From Octopus vulgaris (taxonomy: Eukaryota): a stretch of DNA of 64,000 bases. The stretch spans positions 169,818,001 to 169,882,000 of the forward strand of contig OX597814.1 of NCBI GenBank assembly GCA_951406725.2, read 5' to 3'. Below, in pieces: positions 60,238 through 64,000 of this stretch; position 1 is the stretch's first letter; each line of letters opens with the position of its first letter. A model generated the notes under the pieces. The model saw nothing but the letters and a program-made list of their open reading frames with translations. It ran no database searches and was not told the origin of the DNA. The position numbers and the translations under genes are program-made.

Positions 60238-61334
60238 ACAGGTTTTTTTTTTCAGTTTCCATCTACTGAATCCACTCACAAAGTTTCGATGAACTTGGTG
60301 CTATAGTAGAAGATACTTGCATAAGATTCCATGTAGTGGGACCGAACTCAAAGCCAAGCATTTGAGTAGTAAGCTTGTTAACAACACAGTCTCACCTATA
60401 CCTATGATCTCACAGAGAACATATATCTAAACACCTTATACAACAGGCTGTATACGTCTTAATAATTCTTTCATCCAGAGGATGTTAACATAAGCACAAG
60501 ACGTCAAATTTGGGGGAAGGTTTAAGTCAATTACATCGACCCCAGTGCGTAACTGGTACTTATTTAATCGACCCTGAAAGGATGAAAGGCAAAGTCGACC
60601 TCAGCGGAATTTGAACCCAGAACGTAGCAGCAGACAAAATACAGCTAAGCATTTCACCCGGTGTGCTAGTGATTCTGCCAGCTCGCTGCCTTGTATACAT
60701 CTTAATAATGCTGCATATATCGAAGTAGTTAATATATTTTCAACCTGTACACACTATATTTGTAAAAGCACATGTTATTTAACCACTTTGAATTCAAGTA
60801 CAACAAATATTTAAATAAGTTTACATGTCTGGTTGAATAAGAGAAATTATTATATAACTTTATTGTTCCTATATCTGCAAATCATTGATTTTCTACTCTG
60901 TTGGGTTTAATAGATACGATACAACCTATATTATACCAATAATGGTGGTTGCTGAAGCAGTGATGATAAGGATATTTGACCATTATTATATCAAAATAGA
61001 ATCCTTTCAAAGAAAAAGTAAACCACCAGCCTGTTTCCATTTAAAGAAATCATATTTCTCTATTTAAAAGATATATCAATTTTAATAAAGAACTCAAGTT
61101 TCATGGCTGATTTGTGGAATGTTTCTCTATCTCAAATGTCTTGGACAAAAAAATTTTTTAATTGACAGTAAGCAAATTTGCACAATTTTTCAAATTTAAA
61201 GGGTATTAGGAAGATATGAGGAATGGTGAGGTGGAGATGTTATCAAACACCATTCATGTGGCATATTTTATAAATATGCCTATTCAAGTATCCTAATGGC
61301 ATGTATCTATTAGTAACTATTTTTGGTTGTGTAT

Positions 61335-61695
61335 TTAAAAGCACCGTCCGTTCGTGGCCGTTTGCCAGCTCTGTCTGGCCCCGTGTCAGTGGCACGTAAA
61401 AGCACCATCCGCTCGTGTTCGTTGCCAGCCTCGGCTGGCCCCGTGCCGGTGACACGTAAAAGCACCGTCCGTTCGTGGCCGTTTGCCAGCTCTGTCTGGC
61501 ACCTGTGCAGGTGGCACGTAAAAAACACCCACTACACTCGCGGAGTGGTTGGCGTTAGGAAGGGCATCCAGCCATAGAAACACTGCCAAATCTGACTGGG
61601 CCTGATGAAGCCTTCCGGCTTCACAGACCTCAGTTAAACCGTCCAACCCATGCTAGCATGGAAAACGGACGCTAAATGATGATGATGATGATGAT
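61335..61695 (+). mobile_element. SINE-like family C with three internal subrepeats
   Basis: taaaagcaccgtccgttcgtggccgtttgccagc three times; (GAT)n tail. Confidence 0.85.
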
Positions 61696-61864
61696 TTATC
61701 TCTCCCTTGATGAAGAACTTGTTTGTTGATTCTACCTCTGATGGATCTTTAAACTCTGTGTGTGTGTATAAGACTCCTTTTGTCCAAGGTGCAATACAGT
61801 GAGTGAACCTGAATGGATGTCATTGGGAAGTCACATCTGTACGTATATAAATATATGTCTGTAT

Positions 61865-61914
<50 letters not shown>

Positions 61915-62108
61915 TTGTGTGCATGCATGCGTGTGTCTTTGTGTCTATTTTTGTGCCCCTGCCATCACTTGGCAACTGATAATGGTGTTTACGTCTCTAT
62001 AACTTAGCAGTTTGGGAAAAAAAAGCCTATGGAATAAGTACTGGGTTTACAAAGAATAAGTCCTGGGTTTGATTTCTTCATCTAACAAAATCCTTTAAGG
62101 TGGTGCTC

Positions 62109-62440
62109 CAGCATGGCCACAGACAAATGACTGAAACAAGTAAAAGAAGAAAAAGAACTGGAGAGTTATACTAGAAATAAACAGATACGTATAAGAGTAT
62201 AAACCATGTTAAGGACTCGACTCATCAGTAGCTTACTTAAAATTCACATCTTATTTTGTTTAACATTGAAGCACCATCCGAGTGTTAAACAAAATAAGAT
62301 ATGAATTTTAAGTAAGCTACTGAGGAATCAAGTCCTTCACAGGGTTTATACTCTTATATGTATCTGTTTATTTCTAGTATAACACTCCAGTTCTTTTTCT
62401 AGCTTTTACTTGTTTCAGTCATTTGTCTGTGGCCATGTTG
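62109..62440. repeat. ~159-bp-arm inverted repeat including a SINE 3' end
   Basis: 62109-62267 pairs with 62281-62440; about 10 mismatches. Confidence 0.85.
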
Positions 62441-62790
62441 CCAGAGTGGCTAACTGGTTTCCGTACCGGTGGCATGTAAGAGGCACCATTCGAGCAGGAT
62501 CGTTGCCAGCATCGCCTTACTAACACCTGTGCCATCGGCATGTGTAAAAAGATTCGAGTGCAGTCACTGCCAGTACTACCTGAGTGGCCCCCGTGCTGGT
62601 GGCATGTAAAAGCACCCACTACACTCTCGGAGTGGTTGGCGTTAGGAAGGGCATCCAGCTGTAGAAACTCTGCCAGATCAAGACTGGAGCCTGGTGCAGC
62701 CATCTGGTTCACCAGCCCTCAGTCAAAACGTCCAACCCATGCTAGCATGGAAAGCGGACGTTAAACGATGATGATGATGATGATAATGAT
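62441..62790 (+). mobile_element. SINE-like family C
   Basis: Family body and gcatggaaagcggacgttaaac(gat)n tail. Confidence 0.8.
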
Positions 62791-64000
62791 TGAAGAAAGG
62801 GATATCTTTATGCTGTTTGTTGAATTATGTAGATTTTTCTTTAAGTGGACAAGTTTCAATAAGTTTTAATTTGGAATTCTAAATTAGGTATTTTTTTTTT
62901 TTAAATTGTTATTCATTTATTATGCAAAATATGCTGATATTTGATTTAATTATTTATTTTCTATGAGGTAAATTATTCAATATTTTTCAGCATCTGGAGG
63001 TTAAATTGCAGAAAGGAAAGTGAAACAGCCAGAGGTTAGATAAAGGAAATTATCCAATAAATTCTCATAGTCAGAAGTTGAACATGAGAATTGATTTAAT
63101 TTCTTCCAATGACCGAAGGAGAAATTTGACAACACATTTTAACAGCCAGAGGTTAAATAATAGAAAATTGGGTTACTCACGGCTAAAGCACATAAGTGAA
63201 TCTCACCAACAAGTTCACAGATCGATTCAACCTTTCCCTCATGGAAATTTCCTCAGAGTTAATCTCCTCCAGTATTCTGTGTGTTAGCTTTCATTTGTCT
63301 CAATTGGAATTTTTATTCAACAAGGGAATTATTTGCAGCACCAGTGAATATTTCATTTGCTTTTTCCTATATGAGAGACATCAAATTCTCAAGGTGGTGC
63401 TCCAGCATGGTCGCAGTCCAATAACTGAAACAAGTAAATGGTATAACGTTTTTATTTTATACCATTTACTTGCTTCAGTTATTGGATTAGATTGAACCAT
63501 TCCACCATGCAATCATTGAAAATATCAAGGTTCAAAAGAGTATTAGTCTTTGCATACTTGTTGTTTCATCACCATGTGATTTGCAGTGCTTCCTTTCACA
63601 AGAAGTCTTTGGTTTTGTAATCATGAAATAATATAACGCCTTTGGTTCAAAGAGAGAGAAAGAGAGAGAGAAAGAGTCGGTCTTCAAGAATTGTTGTGAA
63701 GTGACTGTAGCAATTCAGATTCTCCTTGGCTGAGCTTGTCAGAAAATACCTTGAGGCTAATTCTTCAGAGAAAATGTTTGAGTTCTTGGCAGCTGAAAGT
63801 TGAATAATAGAATTGTGTTGTTTCTGCAATTTTGGTGGAAAGGTTGAAATCTGTTCATAGACATTCAAAATAATGATTTTATTTTCAAAAATAAATATAT
63901 AGATAAATAAATAAATAAATAAATAAAAATAAATCAGTTTGAAGGATAACCAGACTACTGTTGATAACTGCAACAGAATATTTTTTGGCTATTTTACCCC

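Noticed and set aside
62219-62232. CTGATGA on minus inside the 62-kb inverted repeat
   Set aside because: No stem II or GAAA follows, and the mirror arm lacks the core.
62991-63290. Candidate host exon after a TTTTTCAG acceptor, with repeated NSQRL peptides
   Set aside because: All frames from the acceptor stop early and no recognisable protein; RNA-seq would be needed.
63647-63973. 108-aa minus-strand ORF
   Set aside because: Begins and ends in simple repeats; no recognisable motif.

Overview
AT-rich, repeat-saturated animal intergenic or intronic DNA. The SINE families and the (TA)n/(TG)n/(TAA)n/(TACA)n load suggest a coleoid cephalopod such as Octopus (inference). No host protein-coding exon could be supported, and most short ORFs in the track are translated microsatellites. 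The window holds at least five SINE-like families, many R4/Dong-type RT-REL LINE fragments in (TAA)n tracts, and RTE, RTE-X and CR1 3' ends. It also holds mariner and DUF4817-type Tc1/mariner relics, mariner and piggyBac-type MITEs, two non-autonomous Helitrons and many Penelope-like element (PLE) remnants. One PLE is young: a stop-free 5'-truncated RT-thumb/GIY-YIG ORF inside a 401-bp inverted repeat. The most notable signal is a self-cleaving-RNA system. A 3 x ~354-bp non-coding tandem array (8504-9547) carries one type I hammerhead ribozyme per unit on the minus strand, which fits a retrozyme (circular RNA retroelement). It ends in a PLE-style inversion and abuts a G.U-rich structured hairpin. 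About ten further PLE-associated hammerhead motifs occur, including a dispersed family with a consistent A6U core variant, along with many fold-back hairpin insertions in (TA)n tracts. All alignments and folds were done by eye, and many boundaries are approximate.
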